Assembly (NCBI GenBank): GCA_018398765.1
Contig: JAHBMJ010000399.1
Span: forward strand, 62,001 to 126,000
From: Chromera velia
Lineage: Eukaryota
DNA length: 64,000 bases
Direction of reading: 5' to 3'
Both the position numbers and the translations under genes were made by a program. Positions 13,915 through 27,749 of the stretch are shown one piece after another (the first letter of the stretch is position 1; every line of letters begins with the position of its first letter). The notes beneath the pieces are model-generated. The model worked only from the letters and a program-made list of their open reading frames with translations. It was not told where the DNA came from and ran no database searches.

Positions 13915-13954
13915 GTCTCCGTCTCAGTGTCTCTCTCTGTCCCTGTCTCTGTCC

Positions 13955-13989
<35 letters not shown>

Positions 13990-14889
13990 TGTGTGTGTCT
14001 GTGTGTGTGCATGTGTGCATGTGTGTGTGTGTGTGTGTGTATCTGTCTCCCTTTCGCTCGGTCTGTGCAGGTACGGGCGTTCCCCTGACCTTCCCCGTGA
14101 CGGCAGCGACTCCTCCTCCTCCCCCATGCGCTCCTCTCTGGACATGGCCAGGTACAAGAACGAGTTGATGCAAGAGGCAGACGGCAGCAAGATGGCGTTC
14201 TTCGAGGAACTCTCGAACGGAAAGGGACACATGACGGTGGAGGACATCAGTCGGCATCTCAGAGATCAGGTAGGCGGGTCCATGTGGGTGTGGGTGTGAG
14301 GGGAGAAGGCAAATCATGCTTTTTTTCTACGGAGTCATGCTGGATCAATTTGGCAGGCCAGAAAGGGACGGGGGGAGGATCAGAGGCGGGATAAGTGACT
14401 GACTGCATGGGGCTGTATGCAGATGTAGGTACATGTGTGCAGGTGAGACAGGCTACCAAGACACTCATGAAAAGTCAAACGATCATGATGAATCAATCAA
14501 GCGGTTGGTTTCTGCACCCACCCCCGTGATGTCTGATTGATTGCAGTGTTGCGTCGACTCGTCTGACGCGAAGAAGCTCGCGAAGGACGTGATGAAGGCA
14601 GCGGACTTGGATGGAGATGGCGTTCTGGTCTTTGAGGAGTTTTGTGAGTTTGTCCAGGGGAGACGGAAAAGACTTCTGGCGCTGTTCGAGTCCGTCGACC
14701 TCGACAAAACAAAAAAGTCAGCACTAGGTCTGCATGGTAGCTAGACGCTTCAGTTCCAAGCAAAAAGGAAAAAACCTGAATGAATGAACACTTTTTCCAA
14801 TTTTGTCATCTCTCCACTCTCTTTCTCTCTGCCCCCCCCCCGGCAAAAGCCCATGTGATCGAACGAAGTAAGACAGATTCCAAGTAAGA

Positions 14890-14925
<36 letters not shown>

Positions 14926-16538
14926 TCTGACCTGATGATGAGTTGAATGATTGCAGCATCACTTTGAAGAACCTGGCCGACTCGATTGATGAGAACATCA
15001 TCCCGCCCCTCAACGTGAAGAGCTTCATGGAGAGAGTGGATGTGGATCGCACACGGTCTGTCTGTTGATGGGGGTGCTCCATTCAGTGGGAGGGAGGGTG
15101 GGTTGTCTCGTTTGGTTTGTGCGCGTGGTTGAATGTTGAATGTGGTCCCGCGGCTTTCTTTCGTTGGTCGGATTGTTCTTTTGGTGAATCGACGTTGACG
15201 GGGGGGTTCTGTCTGCATGGGTAGGATTGTTCTTTTGGTGAATCGACGTTGACGGGGGGGTTCTGTCTGCATGGGTAGGGTATTGAGTCCAAGTCTTCAC
15301 TGTAATTCTTTCCGCTTCTCGTTTCTCATGTACATGCATGCGTGTGTTGCGGGTGTGTGTGCAGAGACATTTCATACACAGAGTGGGAGAGGCACTTCGT
15401 TTTCCTTCCCACTTCGCATCTGTCAGTCAGTCAGTCAGTGCGTGAGTCTGTTAGATACTCAGGGGGGTAGAACGGCATGGGGCGTGCGGGAGGTAAGAGA
15501 GAGGGAGTCTGAAATGGAGAGGAGAAGGATCGGGTGGGGAGAGCCTCTTTTTTTTTCTTCTGGTTCTCGAGGTCTTTTGGGGCATGCTCATTCTTTTGTC
15601 TGAGCGTATTGAAGGAAAGGAACGTGTCAGTCCCACGATATTGCAAGCTTGGGAGAGACCGCCTCCCGTCGACATCTGTCGGGAAGAGATCCTGCCTGCC
15701 TGCACCTGCACATTGAATGGATACATACAGTCGAAAAGATCAACTTGAATCATGTCAAATCATCGATATGTGTGTGAACGTACACATGTTCTTTTGATTT
15801 TTCCCTTTCTTCCTTCTTTCAGGGAAGACTTTTTTGAGGTCTGGCAGGAGGAGACGGGGTTTCTCGACATGGGGGAGGTCAGCAGAATTCAATTCTCCAG
15901 AGTGCACAGGCGGGTAAATTGGGAAAGTTTTTGATGTGATGAGATTGGTCTTGAGGGTCGAAAGGAAAAAATAAGGGCAGGAGAAAGACAAGACGGAAGG
16001 AGAAGAAAGGAAGGAAGGCAAACCTCCCCAAATGCATCCATCTGCTTGTGTGTCTTCTTTTCTATGTGCGTGTCTTTCTCTGCTCATGGAACCTCCTCAT
16101 TCCCACTCTTGCTTCCTTCCTTCCTTCCTTTCCTGCAGGCCCTCTCGTGGCCCTCTGGAGGAGATGGGACGAACGGGGAGTCTCCTCGGGCTCGGCGGTT
16201 ATCCTCGAATTTGGGTGGACTCTTGCTTGGGGGGGGCAGGCGGGCAGCAGAGAAGGAAAGGGAAAAACAGGAAGAATACCGGGAAGCGAAAAAAGAGAGA
16301 ACCCCAAAGGAAAAGGAGAAGGAAGAAGAAAAGAAGAAAACAGGGCGGCGAGACGAACCGAAGCCGCCCCTCCTCTTCCCCTCCTCGGAAGCCGAGGAAA
16401 AGGAGACGGGGGTGACTGCATCTGACAGCAGAAGCAGCAGCAGTGTGTCTGCTCCTGCCCGTGCCGTCTCTTCCTCTTTCTATCAAGCGTTTCTGGCGTC
16501 CTCTGCCTTCATTCACTTGAGCTCTGGTTCAATTGCAG

Positions 16539-16572
<34 letters not shown>

Positions 16573-17930
16573 TAGTCTCTCTATCTGCATGGCAGGAGTG
16601 AAATTCGATATCTACCAACGCTTTCGAAGAACTTCTACACCCCCTTTCCTTTCTTTCTTTCTTTCTTCCCTTCCTTCCTTCCTTCCTTCCTTCCTTCTGC
16701 CTGCCGGCCTGCCTGCCTGTCGGTCGGTCGGTCGGTCGGTCGGTCTCTACGAAAGGGAAAAAAAAAAAGACGATACAGTCTGTCTGCCTGTATGCGTTTT
16801 TGAGTCCCATGTGGTCGTGCAAGTGTGCAAGTGTGCGTCTGTGTCTTTTGTGGTCGGGCATTGGGCTTTTGAGCCCATACTGCGCCACTGTTCTGTTGTG
16901 TCTCTTGTAGAGCTAGCTTTGCAGGTGCAACGTGCACACTCCATGTACGCTCGCATAGGTGTGTGCATTTTCAGTGCATGTGCATGTATTGTCTGCTGGT
17001 GATGCGTGGTTTGCATGAACGCTCGAGCGCTCATGCAGGTGCGGTGTCCCGTACGGCGACGGCCCCGCTTGATCGCATCAAGGTGATGATGCAGATCACT
17101 CGAAAGAAGGGCCGCATGCCCCTCACAGAGACGTACAGACAGATTCTCAGGGAGGGGGGGTGGAGGGCTTTTTTTCGGGGGAACGGAACGAACTGTCTGA
17201 AAATTGCGCCCGAGTCGGGTCTCAAGTTTTTTGCCTACGATCGGGTGAAGAGGTGGTTGCTGGCCTTCAAAAAGCAACGGAGGGAGTGGGACAGTCTGTG
17301 GGTAGAAACACAAAACGAACAATTGAGGGCATCTGGGGGGGGAAGTTCGACGGCATCATTCGGGAAAAATTCACAGCAACGGCAGTCTCTGCATAGCTCG
17401 GCCTTGGCCCAATCGTCTGGTCCTTCTGATGCTGTGAAAGAGAAAAGAGGGGAGACCCGACATCCCTCCCATCATTCTCTTTCTTCTGCCTCCTCTTTAT
17501 CTGTTTCCGCGTCCTCTCATAGAATTCCCATCGCATACCAATACATTCTCCTGGCAAGGGACGGGGTGGGATTGGGGACAGGGCGGCAAAGGGAAAAGGA
17601 AAAGGAAAGAGAAAGGAGGAGTGAGCCTGGACCTTCGTCCTCCTCTGCTTCTACTACTACTTCTTCTCCTTCTTCTTCTTCTTCTTCTTCTTCTTCTTCC
17701 AGCTCTTCCTCCCATGCGTCAGAAAGAGAAAGAGACAGAGTAGGGGAAAGAGAGAGAAGCTCCCACCACCACCACCCCATCCAGCCCCTCTCTCTGTCCC
17801 TCTTCGAGAAGCTGGTGGCAGGGGGGAGCGCAGGGGCTCTCTCACAGCTGTGCATCTACCCGCTGGAGACGGTGAAGACGCGACTCGCAGCGGCGCCCTC
17901 TGGAATGTATCAGGTCGGTCGGTGCGTCTG

Positions 17931-17961
<31 letters not shown>

Positions 17962-20900
17962 TCCACTGAGAGAGCGCGCCAAAAGAAGAAAGAAAAAAAC
18001 AGAAGAGAATGAAGAAGGAGAAAAAGGGAGAGAAAAGACGATATTGTCTGTCTGTCTGTCTGTCTCTGTGTCTTCCACGCTTTCTCTGATGTCTCTTTTT
18101 TAAAAATGCTGTTTTGTTTGCCTCTTCACCATTTCCTTTCAAGTCGTCTTACAGTAGCCATGAAGACTTGTGAGTCACTTCTGCTTCCACTTCTCTTTGG
18201 TGCCTGCCTGCCTGTCTGCAGGGTATCTGGCACTGTCTGGTGGACACCTACTCGAGGGGGGGGGTTCGGGCGGTGTACAGGGGCCTCAACGCGTCTCTGG
18301 TGGGCATCGTGCCCTACGCAGGCATCGACTTGGCGACCTTCGAGACGCTCAAGAATTGGTATGCCAAGACGTTCGGTCAGTCAGAAGAGGGTGGCATTTT
18401 TGTTGTTTGTTTGTGTGTTTGTATGTTTGTTTGGCTTTCGTCGTTTTGCTGCTTCTCGTTTTAAGTGTCACAGAGAGAGAGAGAGAGAGAGAGAGAGATC
18501 TCAAAAGAAGAAAGAAAAGCATGACGAGGGAAGAAGAAAGAAAAGCATGACGAGGGTGTGTCCGAGTAGGATGCAGTCTCTCTCTATGTTGACTCTTGTC
18601 TTACAGACTCTTTTTCGTTCAGTCGGTTTTCTTCTCCTCTTTTTGGGTTCTGCCTGCTCGCACATCCCAAGTGAGAAACCTTTTGCAAAAGTCTTTACCT
18701 GTCTCGCTTCCTTCCTCGCTGTCTCCGCATCAAGAAGTGAATGGGGGGGGCGGAGCAGGCAAAGGAGACGGGGCCGCCACCGTGTGAAGGAATGAAGGAG
18801 CTGGAGGGGGATCGAGGGAGGGGGTGCGAGCGAATCTGTGGGGGGGGGGGCAAAAATTGAAAAAAAAAAAAAAAAGTAAATGAAAGCGTAAACTAACGAA
18901 CTTTCCCCAATGAGGGGTGGGTGAGTTCAAATGAAATTCCCTCCCTCTCTCCCTCCCTGCCTGTATGCATGCATGTATGCACATGAATGAATAAATGAGT
19001 GAATGAATGAATGAATGCAGAGTTCGGGAACCACCGGGAGCCCTCCGTCTTCGTCCTCCTCTCCTGTGGGGCCATCAGCAGTCAGTCAGTCAGGCAGTCA
19101 GGAGAGCAGAGTCTGAGTGAGGACTCTCTCTCTCTCTCTCTCTCGAGAGAGAGAGAGAGAGAGAGCATGCAGAGAGTCCAGACGGGCGCCGCACATGCCA
19201 CGCAGGAGTCTTGCCGGTTGGGATGTCTCCGTTCATATTCGTTCCTGCGCAGTCTGGTCTCTAGATTTGCGCTCGTTCGTTTGTGTCGTGGAGGTCTGCA
19301 CACGTACCGGCCTCTGCCTCTAGGTGTGTGTCTGCAGTGGTTACTCACTCAAGAGAAGGAAAGGGAAGTGCGGAAGTGAAAGGTACGTATGGAATGGAAA
19401 GAGAATGCATCGGCTGCTTGCTTGCTGTTTTGTTCCTGATGGTGTTTCTTTGAATGGCAAGAGAGGCTTCTTTTCTTGTCTCCACGCAGGTGCAATGGGG
19501 CAAGTCGTGGCGTATCCAATAGGTAGGTCAGTTGGAGTTTGAATCTGCTGCGGGGGGGTTTCCTCATGATTCTTTTCCCTCTTGCCTCCTTATTTTTTTC
19601 GGTCTTTCACGTTTCTTTCACGTTTGTTCCTCTCTTCTCTTCCTTCCATGTGTCTTTCATTTCGAAGGTCTGGTTCACTTCTTCCTCTTCCTTAGAAAAG
19701 ACAGGAAGAAGGAAAAGATTTTTTTCCTTTTTTTGATGCTGAAAACTCTAATGTAAAAGAAAGTCGGGAAGAGTTATGCGGGACCCTCCGTACATCAAAT
19801 GATATGCAGACGCATGGCTAGGTAAGTGAGGGGGTTGAGTTTTCTTGATTGAGTGTCCGGGTGGTTGTGTGAATCAATGGACGGATGAATTGACAAGAAA
19901 CCCTCTCGGCAACGCAGTCACGATCTTCGTATGCTTTGAATGATCGATGTGGTGTCTCCCTCCCCCTGCATGCCGCCTGCCTGCAGCCCTTGTCCGTACT
20001 CGCCTCCAGGTGGAGGGCATGACGCAGACCCTGCAGGGATACCCCCAGATGGAAAGAGCAAAGTACTCGTGTCAGTCTGTCAGTCTGTCTGTCTCTGAGT
20101 CTGTCTCTGAGTCTTTCTTTCAGTCAAGCGGGCAGCTAGGCGGGCAGTCAGTCAGTCAGTTGGCCTTTCAGGTAAGCAGGTAGGCAGACAGCGAGTCCAG
20201 GAGACACAGATAGACAGTCACTTCGTAGTTGTAGTGAGCATGCCAGGAGCCTGACAGGCAGAAAATCTGCATGACGGAAGGGAACGACTAGGTGAAAGAA
20301 ATGACAGAGGGAAGGAAGAAAGGCAGGAAGGCGGGAGGGACGGACAGAGGTGAGCAGACCTTTTGGATTTTCTTTTTGATCGCGGATTCTCCTGAGGACC
20401 TTCCTCTTGTGGAGTTGCGTCTTGTTCGCCTTAGTCTGAGCAAACGATCGCCTGATGCATGCATGCACAGACAGAGAGAAAAAGAAGGGGCGGGGGACCA
20501 GTCAAAACGCCCACCTGAGCTTTCTGTCTTTGCCTCTGTGTTTGTGTCATGCTGAGAGAAAGTCATTTTTTTGCCGTGTCCATCTAGTCCTTTGTCCTAA
20601 ATCCAGTGTGAAAGAGCATGGAATAACACTGTGCTGTGCTAGCTGTTGACAAGCGCCACACTGCCTCGTGCGTTGCTGCCAACTGTCAGCCACCCAGAAA
20701 TAGATAGGCCGAATGATGGCGACGGCGCATAATGATGAAGATGATGATGAGGTCCTCTGTTTGGAGGGAGAGAGAGTCCTTCCTCAGTCTGCCTCCGTCT
20801 GTTCTGTTCATGAACCTCCTTGTCTCTACCTGCCTGCCTGCCTGTCTGTCTACCTGCCTGTTTGCCTGCCTGCCTGTTTGTCTGCCTGCCTGTTTGTCTA

Positions 20901-21574
20901 CCTGTTTGTTTGCCTGCTTGTCTGCCTGTTTGGCTGCCTGTTTGCTTGCCTGGCTGTTTGTTTGCCTGTTTGTTTGTCTGCCTGCCTGTTTGTCTACCTG
21001 TTTGTTTGCCTGCTTGCCTGCCTGTTTGTTTGCCTGCCTGTTTGTTTGCCTGCCTGTTTGTCTACCTGTTTGTTTGCCTGCTTGTCTGCCTGTTTGCCTG
21101 CCTGTTTGTTTGCCTGCCTGCCTGTTTATCTGCCTGCCTGCCTGCAGCTGTCCTGGGCGCTCTCCGGACGATCGTCCGAGAGGAGGGGTTCCTTGCTCTC
21201 TACAGGGGGTTGTTCCCTAACATGATGAAGGCGGTGGGTGGGTGCATGGGGTTGGTGGGGTGGGTGGGGTGGGAGAAGGGGGTAAAAAAAGGGGGGGTGG
21301 GTGCATGGGTCCTCGTGTGGATGCTCTCTGTCGCCGGAGAATTGTGTGCACATCATGTGGTGCTGCGGGCGCATGACAGCCTTTGCCCTTATATCTGTCT
21401 GCTTCGTTGAAGAAAGAAGGTGTCAGGTAAATCCTGTCTGCATGTTGTATGGGGGAAAGGTGAAGAAAGCACATGGTCTGTGACTGGACTCTATGCCTGT
21501 TGTCGCCTTTGTTTACTTCCCCCCCTTTCATGTGCGTACGTGTGCGTGTGCGTATGTGTGTGTGTGTGTGTGTG

Positions 21575-21619
<45 letters not shown>

Positions 21620-21625
21620 CGTGCG

Positions 21626-21676
<51 letters not shown>

Positions 21677-22129
21677 CTGATTGATTATTTTCGCTTCTGA
21701 TGCTGTACATGTCTCTGTGCGCTGTTTTTCAGGTCCCTGCGGTGTCCATTTCTTGGGCTGTCTACGAAACCTGCAAGAAGCATTTGACGTCAGTCTGTTC
21801 CTCTGTATGTCTGTCTCAATGCCTGCCTGTCATCCTGTCTGAAAACAAGATAGAAAAAAGCAGTCGTATACTCACGTCTGCGTAAAGCTCTAAATGATGG
21901 TGAGAGGGGGCAGATGAGACCTCTCGAAATAACACCCTAAGGTTTTTGTTTGTTCTTTGTTGGGTAACCAATGGCGAGAAGTGACGCGAAGTTGTGTTTT
22001 TTTGGGGTGGGGTGGGGGTGTTGTGGTTCCTATCTTCTGGATGTGTGCATTGTTCTTCTCCGCACGGATGGTGACTGCCCTGGATTTTTGTGTGTCATGT
22101 GCAGGCGGCTCGCTGACGAACGAGACTGA
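13291..22129 (+). CDS. Calcium-binding mitochondrial carrier (SCaMC / ATP-Mg/Pi carrier, SLC25A23-25-like), about 14 exons
   Basis: EF-hand [13 protein letters not shown] (about 14606-14644). Carrier signatures [93 protein letters not shown]. Exon 1 (13291-13340) joins 14071 in frame. Likely last exon 22105-22129. Confidence 0.9.
20828..21147 (+). repeat. (CCTG/TTTG)n microsatellite forming the polypyrimidine tract of an acceptor
   Basis: The array runs directly into CCTGCAG just before a carrier exon. Confidence 0.9.
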
Positions 22130-22357
22130 CCGACTGGTGGATCGACCGATGGAAACGGAAGTCAAGGGTTAATTGGCGTTTGCATGCAGGGGAGTTGGTA
22201 TGCAGGCCCAAATACTCATCGGGAAGCACGGAGCCGGGGACTCTTGGAATCGCACGTTTTATAGTATTTTAACTCAGAGATTTTCATCGTCAATCAGTCT
22301 GAATCGATGCAATATCAGAAACAAGCAAATGATCTTTACGTACATATTATGTATAAC

Positions 22358-23321
22358 CAGTGCATTGAACAAATACATTGCTTTGACCAGTTTGATGCAA
22401 ACAATTATTGCAATAGTTGCAATTAATTGCCAATAATTGCCTATAAAACAAAAATTTAATTTTTCTAGGTGCTCTAGGGTGTTTAAAGGACTACTAATAA
22501 CATTTTTGTGTTTTTTTATACATATTTAATGTGATGTACAGTATTTTAATACTTATATAAATGAATTTAAAATCTTTGAAAGGAGTTATACTAAGTTATA
22601 CAACTCATTAGTAAGCTATTACTTGGTATTAATACCTGTAATATATTTAACAATAACTATTTTATTTTTTAACATAGAAAATATAAACTTAGAATTCAAT
22701 ATGAATGATGAACAACAGAGTGCATGATGAAGAATTGCGCTGCTTCTTGCAGAGCAGACAGGCATATTTGCCTTTGATGACCTCCCCTTTGTCGTTTGTC
22801 TCTGCACTGTCTTGCAACGGAGTCTGTTCGTAGAAGTGTTTGAAAATATGTTCTGGTGCAAGGCCACAGTACGACATCGTTAGAAGAAAGGAGAAACTCA
22901 GAACTCTTCTCACTGCTCCTTTACTTTACTTAGTCGGCTGAAGCTGCCAAACAACAGACAATAACTGGAAACCGAGCCGTTTCCATAAATATATACATGT
23001 AACAGTATTGTACGTACATGTACGCATACGTGTTTTGTCGGTCTACGCGGCTTAATTGCGTGCAAAGCAGTCGTACTGCGCGCGCACCGCGCCCACTTTG
23101 CACCGTGCGCATGCTTGATCGCTTTGGCGCCCTATAAACTATAACGTGCGTTTGGCGTTGTCTTTCACTAGTTTTGAGCCTAATAAAAAACCTCAGACTC
23201 TCAATTTTAAAATTGTATACAATTATTGCAATGAATTGCAATGAGCTAAGAGCTTGCAATGAATTATTGCTCCCAATTATTTGTAATTATTGCAATTACA
23301 ATTATTGCTTTCAATACACTA
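22358..23321 (-). mobile_element. Non-autonomous hAT DNA transposon with a BED-finger-like remnant
   Basis: 8-bp TSD TGTATAAC at 22350-22357 and 23322-23329. TIRs CAGTGCATTGAA and (reverse complement) TAGTGTATTGAA. Subterminal CAATAATTGC-like repeats. ORF remnant IFKHF...KYACLLCKK at 22689-22913. Confidence 0.85.
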
Positions 23322-23508
23322 TGTATAACGTATAAAATGAATAATTGAATTCATAACTCTAATGTTTGATTTGATTTGAGTTGGTTAAAGCTAGTTAAAG
23401 CTGTTATGGTCTACTCAAACCGTAATTTAAGTCTTTAATTGATCGTTCTGAGACCTTTTGCTGCCTATGTCCTTTGGCAGATATCGCGAGAATCATAATG
23501 GATGAAGT

Positions 23509-23580
23509 GGGAGCAGGTGGCAGACTGGGAAGCAGCTAGGGAAGCAGAAGGTCCCAGGTTCGATTCCTACCCCCACCTCT
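23509..23580 (+). other. tRNA-derived Pol III promoter (A box + B box), possible SINE head
   Basis: TGGCAGACTGG at 23518-23528 and GGTTCGATTCC at 23557-23567; no full cloverleaf recognised. Confidence 0.45.
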
Positions 23581-26500
23581 TTTACCTTTCGCGTGAAACC
23601 GATTCCGCGTGGCGAACCGCAGCCGAGACCGCGCGGTGTACCATAAGAATCAGAAATTAGCCGATTATGAAAGAAGAAAAATGCAGAGCTGAATAGTTTA
23701 AGTCGCATCCAAATTTAGTGGAGGACAATCAACCTCTCCAACTCTCAGTCTTGATGAGTCCTCACCTCCAATGAACTCTGATCGACTCAACCTCTTTAAG
23801 ATCGGATCCATCCCTTCCTGTATATATGAATACATGCACTACAAAGAAGAAACACAGTAGAGATGCCTAAATGTATAGAAAGAATCCAGACAAGAGGTCA
23901 GGCATGGAAGGCCTCCTGGCGATACTTCAGATCGAAATAGTCGATCCCGGGTCTCGTCTGGGCTAGCTGGAGCCCTTGGCTACGTGGCTCCCACCCTCAC
24001 ATGATCTTCCTGGAGGATAGACGTGCGCTAAAGCTCTTAAAGACTTCAGACTCAGACTTCTAGAGTAACAAGCAAACCTGATAGAATGATTGACCTTCAT
24101 ACACTTATAGAACCTTCTAGCTCTCACCTCTTTGGAGTTAGATGGTGCCTACGTCCTCTCTCATAGCGTGAGAGTAGATCATAACAAAGTTAGGATTGAA
24201 GCCATAAACTGCTGCAGGGCCTTTAGGGCTCTGGTAAACTCTCGTGAACCATACATGGGCACACAGTGTTTGTTTTAGCATTTCACGCAACAAAAAGAAC
24301 AACCTGACACTAACTTTCAAGATTGATGTTTTAAAACACTCCGTTGATATCCTAGGCCATGCACTCCATTTAAAAAAAAAAAAGTTTCCGATCTTTTTTT
24401 TCTTTTTTTATTTATCAACCAAAACAGATATAGTTTTTACGCAACATCCCATGCAACACTCTTACAACACAGTGACTTGAACAACAGTTGTTTGTCTCCA
24501 TGTTGACTGTCATAAAAAAAAAAATCATTAAAAAAAAAGTTTTTCAGAAACTTTTTCCAACTTTTTCCGTATTTTCCGTCGAATTTCCGATCTTTTATTT
24601 TTTTTATGTAGTATACACTGCACAGCCTATATAGCTACTACTGCTTTTTAGAGACAGATGGTCTAGATCCAATATATAGCAGCATATTATAGCTTATCTA
24701 AACTAGCTGATAAACTAAGTCTGATCTGTAAAGTTATATTTATAAAAAGGTCTGCGAGAGACCTCGAGAGACTTTAACTTCAAGTTGACGATGGTTTTTA
24801 AATTTTATCTTCAATACATCTGAAATTTGGACTCTGATCGTTCATCCACTATCAGATAGAACTACGAGGGGAGAAAAAGACCTAGCAAGGAGACATGTGA
24901 GGGCTGCAGAGGAGAGTGAGACCTGGAACATACCCTGAATTGTAAGGTGGGAGAGTTTGTTACCCTGCATCACAATGATGTTAATGCTACCTGGGCTGGG
25001 CTAGCAGCCGAGGCCTATCCAGCGGGGGCAGTGAATGGTCGCGAACCCATCTGGTCCCATCATCAAGTAGCCCATCATCCGGGAGGAAGAGGATGTGCCG
25101 GGGTGCCTGGGGCTGAAAAAGGACTTCCAGGTGCGCAAGCACAAGTAACAAACTCTCCAGTCATTCCAAGAAAGGCAAATCCAGTTCCAAAAAAATGAAA
25201 ACAGTACTGCTTGCGGTATTAGGAGTTACTTCTGCACAAATAAAAGCATAAAGGCTGGAGACCAAGACAAACACGTTGGACTACAAAGGTTCCTACAAAA
25301 AAATAGATACTATAGACGGTCTTAGTGTATATTTTATGATTTAGAGGGTTTGAAGACCGAACCGTTGCTGGAATGTTGCTGAAAGCTAGGTCAACGTAAA
25401 AAAATGAGCAGCAAGCTAGGCAGCAAGTCGCCAAGTGGCAAGCTTTTTAAGGCCTGTCGCCGGTATAGGCGGCAGCGCGACGAGGCGGCAGCGCAACGAC
25501 AGCTACCAACACCGCGGTGCTTCCAGGCTATGACGCATGCAACGACCTCGATTCGCATAGATCTTTGCAATACTAGCGCGCATGCATGTTGTAATATTTG
25601 ACGTGAAAGTGTCTTAGGCTCTCCTCTACTCTATGAACGTTGGTTTTACGTCGTTGGATTAGTAACTGGCTGGTTATCAGTGTCTGCTATCTTGTAAATC
25701 AAGTTGTGATCTTGGATCGATTCTTTTACATCATATCTGCCCCTTCTTTTCCAAACTTAGACTTCCAAACTTGGACTAGTAAACGCTAGTAAGCGCTAAA
25801 TATTAGTGAATCTGTAAGATAATTTCATATAAAATCATTGTTACTAACTATTACTAATATAGTTGTTAAGTTAAACTTAGTTTTAATTGATTGAAATTAA
25901 AGATTTAAACGGAATTAAATAACTTTAGTTTTAAATTAGGCCGCTTCAGCCGTGGCTGAGGCGGCCGAAGGCCACCTCGGCCGGCGATTTGATCCATCAT
26001 GCCAGGTCAATTCTTACCAACGTCAGGGGGTAGTGAAAGACTAGCATGCATGCATGGGCTAGGGTGCACCCCGCTTCACTTTCCAGGGCTATCTGACGCT
26101 TATCAGAAAAATGAAAACGACTGCAAATGATGATTGAGTATGATCGAGGTTTTAACTGCAAGTGACTTTTGATCGACGGATGATTGAGGTTTTTGTTATG
26201 CATGCCGCGTGCCCAAATATTAATGAAAGCGCCAGATCTAGCAAATGACTTTTATTATTCTTATGTTAACAATTTATCTAGGGCTCAAAAAACTTATCTA
26301 TGACTATCTATGACTCACTAGATAGCTAAGGACATCTCTTTCCTTGTCGTGTGTTTGATTGAGAAAAAGAGGGAGAGAAAGAGGTCGGTGTCCTATCTCC
26401 TGTAACGCGCCCTGTTTGCCTGTTTGACTGAGAAACTTTGAATAAGAGAAAGAGAGAGAGGAAAGAGGTCGGTGTTCCTTAACTTCCTTCTCTTGTTTGT

Positions 26501-27715
26501 CTCTCCAACTAAAAAAAAAAGGGAAAGAGAGGGGTTGGTCTTCCTTGAGTCCCTTCTCTTATTTACCTGTCTGACCGCCAGCGAGAAAGAGAGGGAGAGA
26601 GAGAGATCGGTGTTGGATGTCTGAGTATCCTTTTTCTTGTTTGGCTGTTTCACGGAGAAAAAGATGTAGAAAGAAGAGTCCATCTCAATTTTTTCTGTTA
26701 TTAAGACTTTTGTTTATCTTCGATCTTCAATCATCATCCTGGCTGTCTTAGTGTCTCCCTCTTATATACTCTCATATGGATCGGATCAACGCTTTATATT
26801 AATTGCATATAATCGCATCGATACAACGACTCTAGCAACGACCTCGGTTTGCTAGTTGCTAATTATGTATGAGTATATATGTAGGTACATATGAGTTCAC
26901 TTATGATTTTATAGTTGCTTTTTAAAGTTCACTTTTACAGATACCTAGGGCACTACTTAAATCACTCTCACTATCACTATACCTACTAGTATAGTAGTAA
27001 ATTCTAATTATAGATAAACTTTATTCAACTTTAAATTTTTAGAGAACACGCTTAAACAATTTATAAATTGTAGTTTAGACTAGAGCTTAAATTGCTGGAT
27101 AAATGGCTTTCCACAAAAGATAATAAACAAAGTTTCACAAACAGTAGGTTTGAGTTGCAAAAGTTTGCGTTGACTCTTTATAGAAGGGAATCAGCAGCAA
27201 CAGTGACAGCAGCAGCGCTGCACAGTGAGTAGACGGAGGAGAGAATGAAAACTTTGAGAGAAGAAGGGAAAGAGACAGACAGACCCGCTCGCCCATCCCA
27301 CCCCCATACCTCGATTGAGGAAAATCCTCGTCCCTCATTTGGTTTTCATAGCCTTCATGAATTGATTCGTTCGTTCGGCCAACCGACCCCCCAAACAACC
27401 GTCAGCCCTTCTGCCCGAGCAGACAGGAAGCGACAAACAAAGAACGGAAGAGAAGAAGGAAAGCGTTGCTTCGTTTTTATTTTTGCGCTTTTCCACGACC
27501 AACCGTGGGCTCACTGGGCTGGCTCTGGACCGTGCACCTTTGTGGGGGAGCGAAGCACACCATGCTCCGATATCGACTTGCGTCTGGTTGGGTGGGTGGA
27601 AGTGGGTGGGCGCTTCGGATTAAACGAATGGCCAACTGTTGCCAGATGCCATCATGCAATTCGTTCTCCTGGTCAATGTCGCAGCTGACAGTAACATCAC
27701 GAAACTTGTCGGGCA

Positions 27716-27749
<34 letters not shown>

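Noticed and set aside
23700..26300. Probable decayed transposon sequence
   Set aside because: No termini or diagnostic protein motif could be identified by eye, so it is not annotated.
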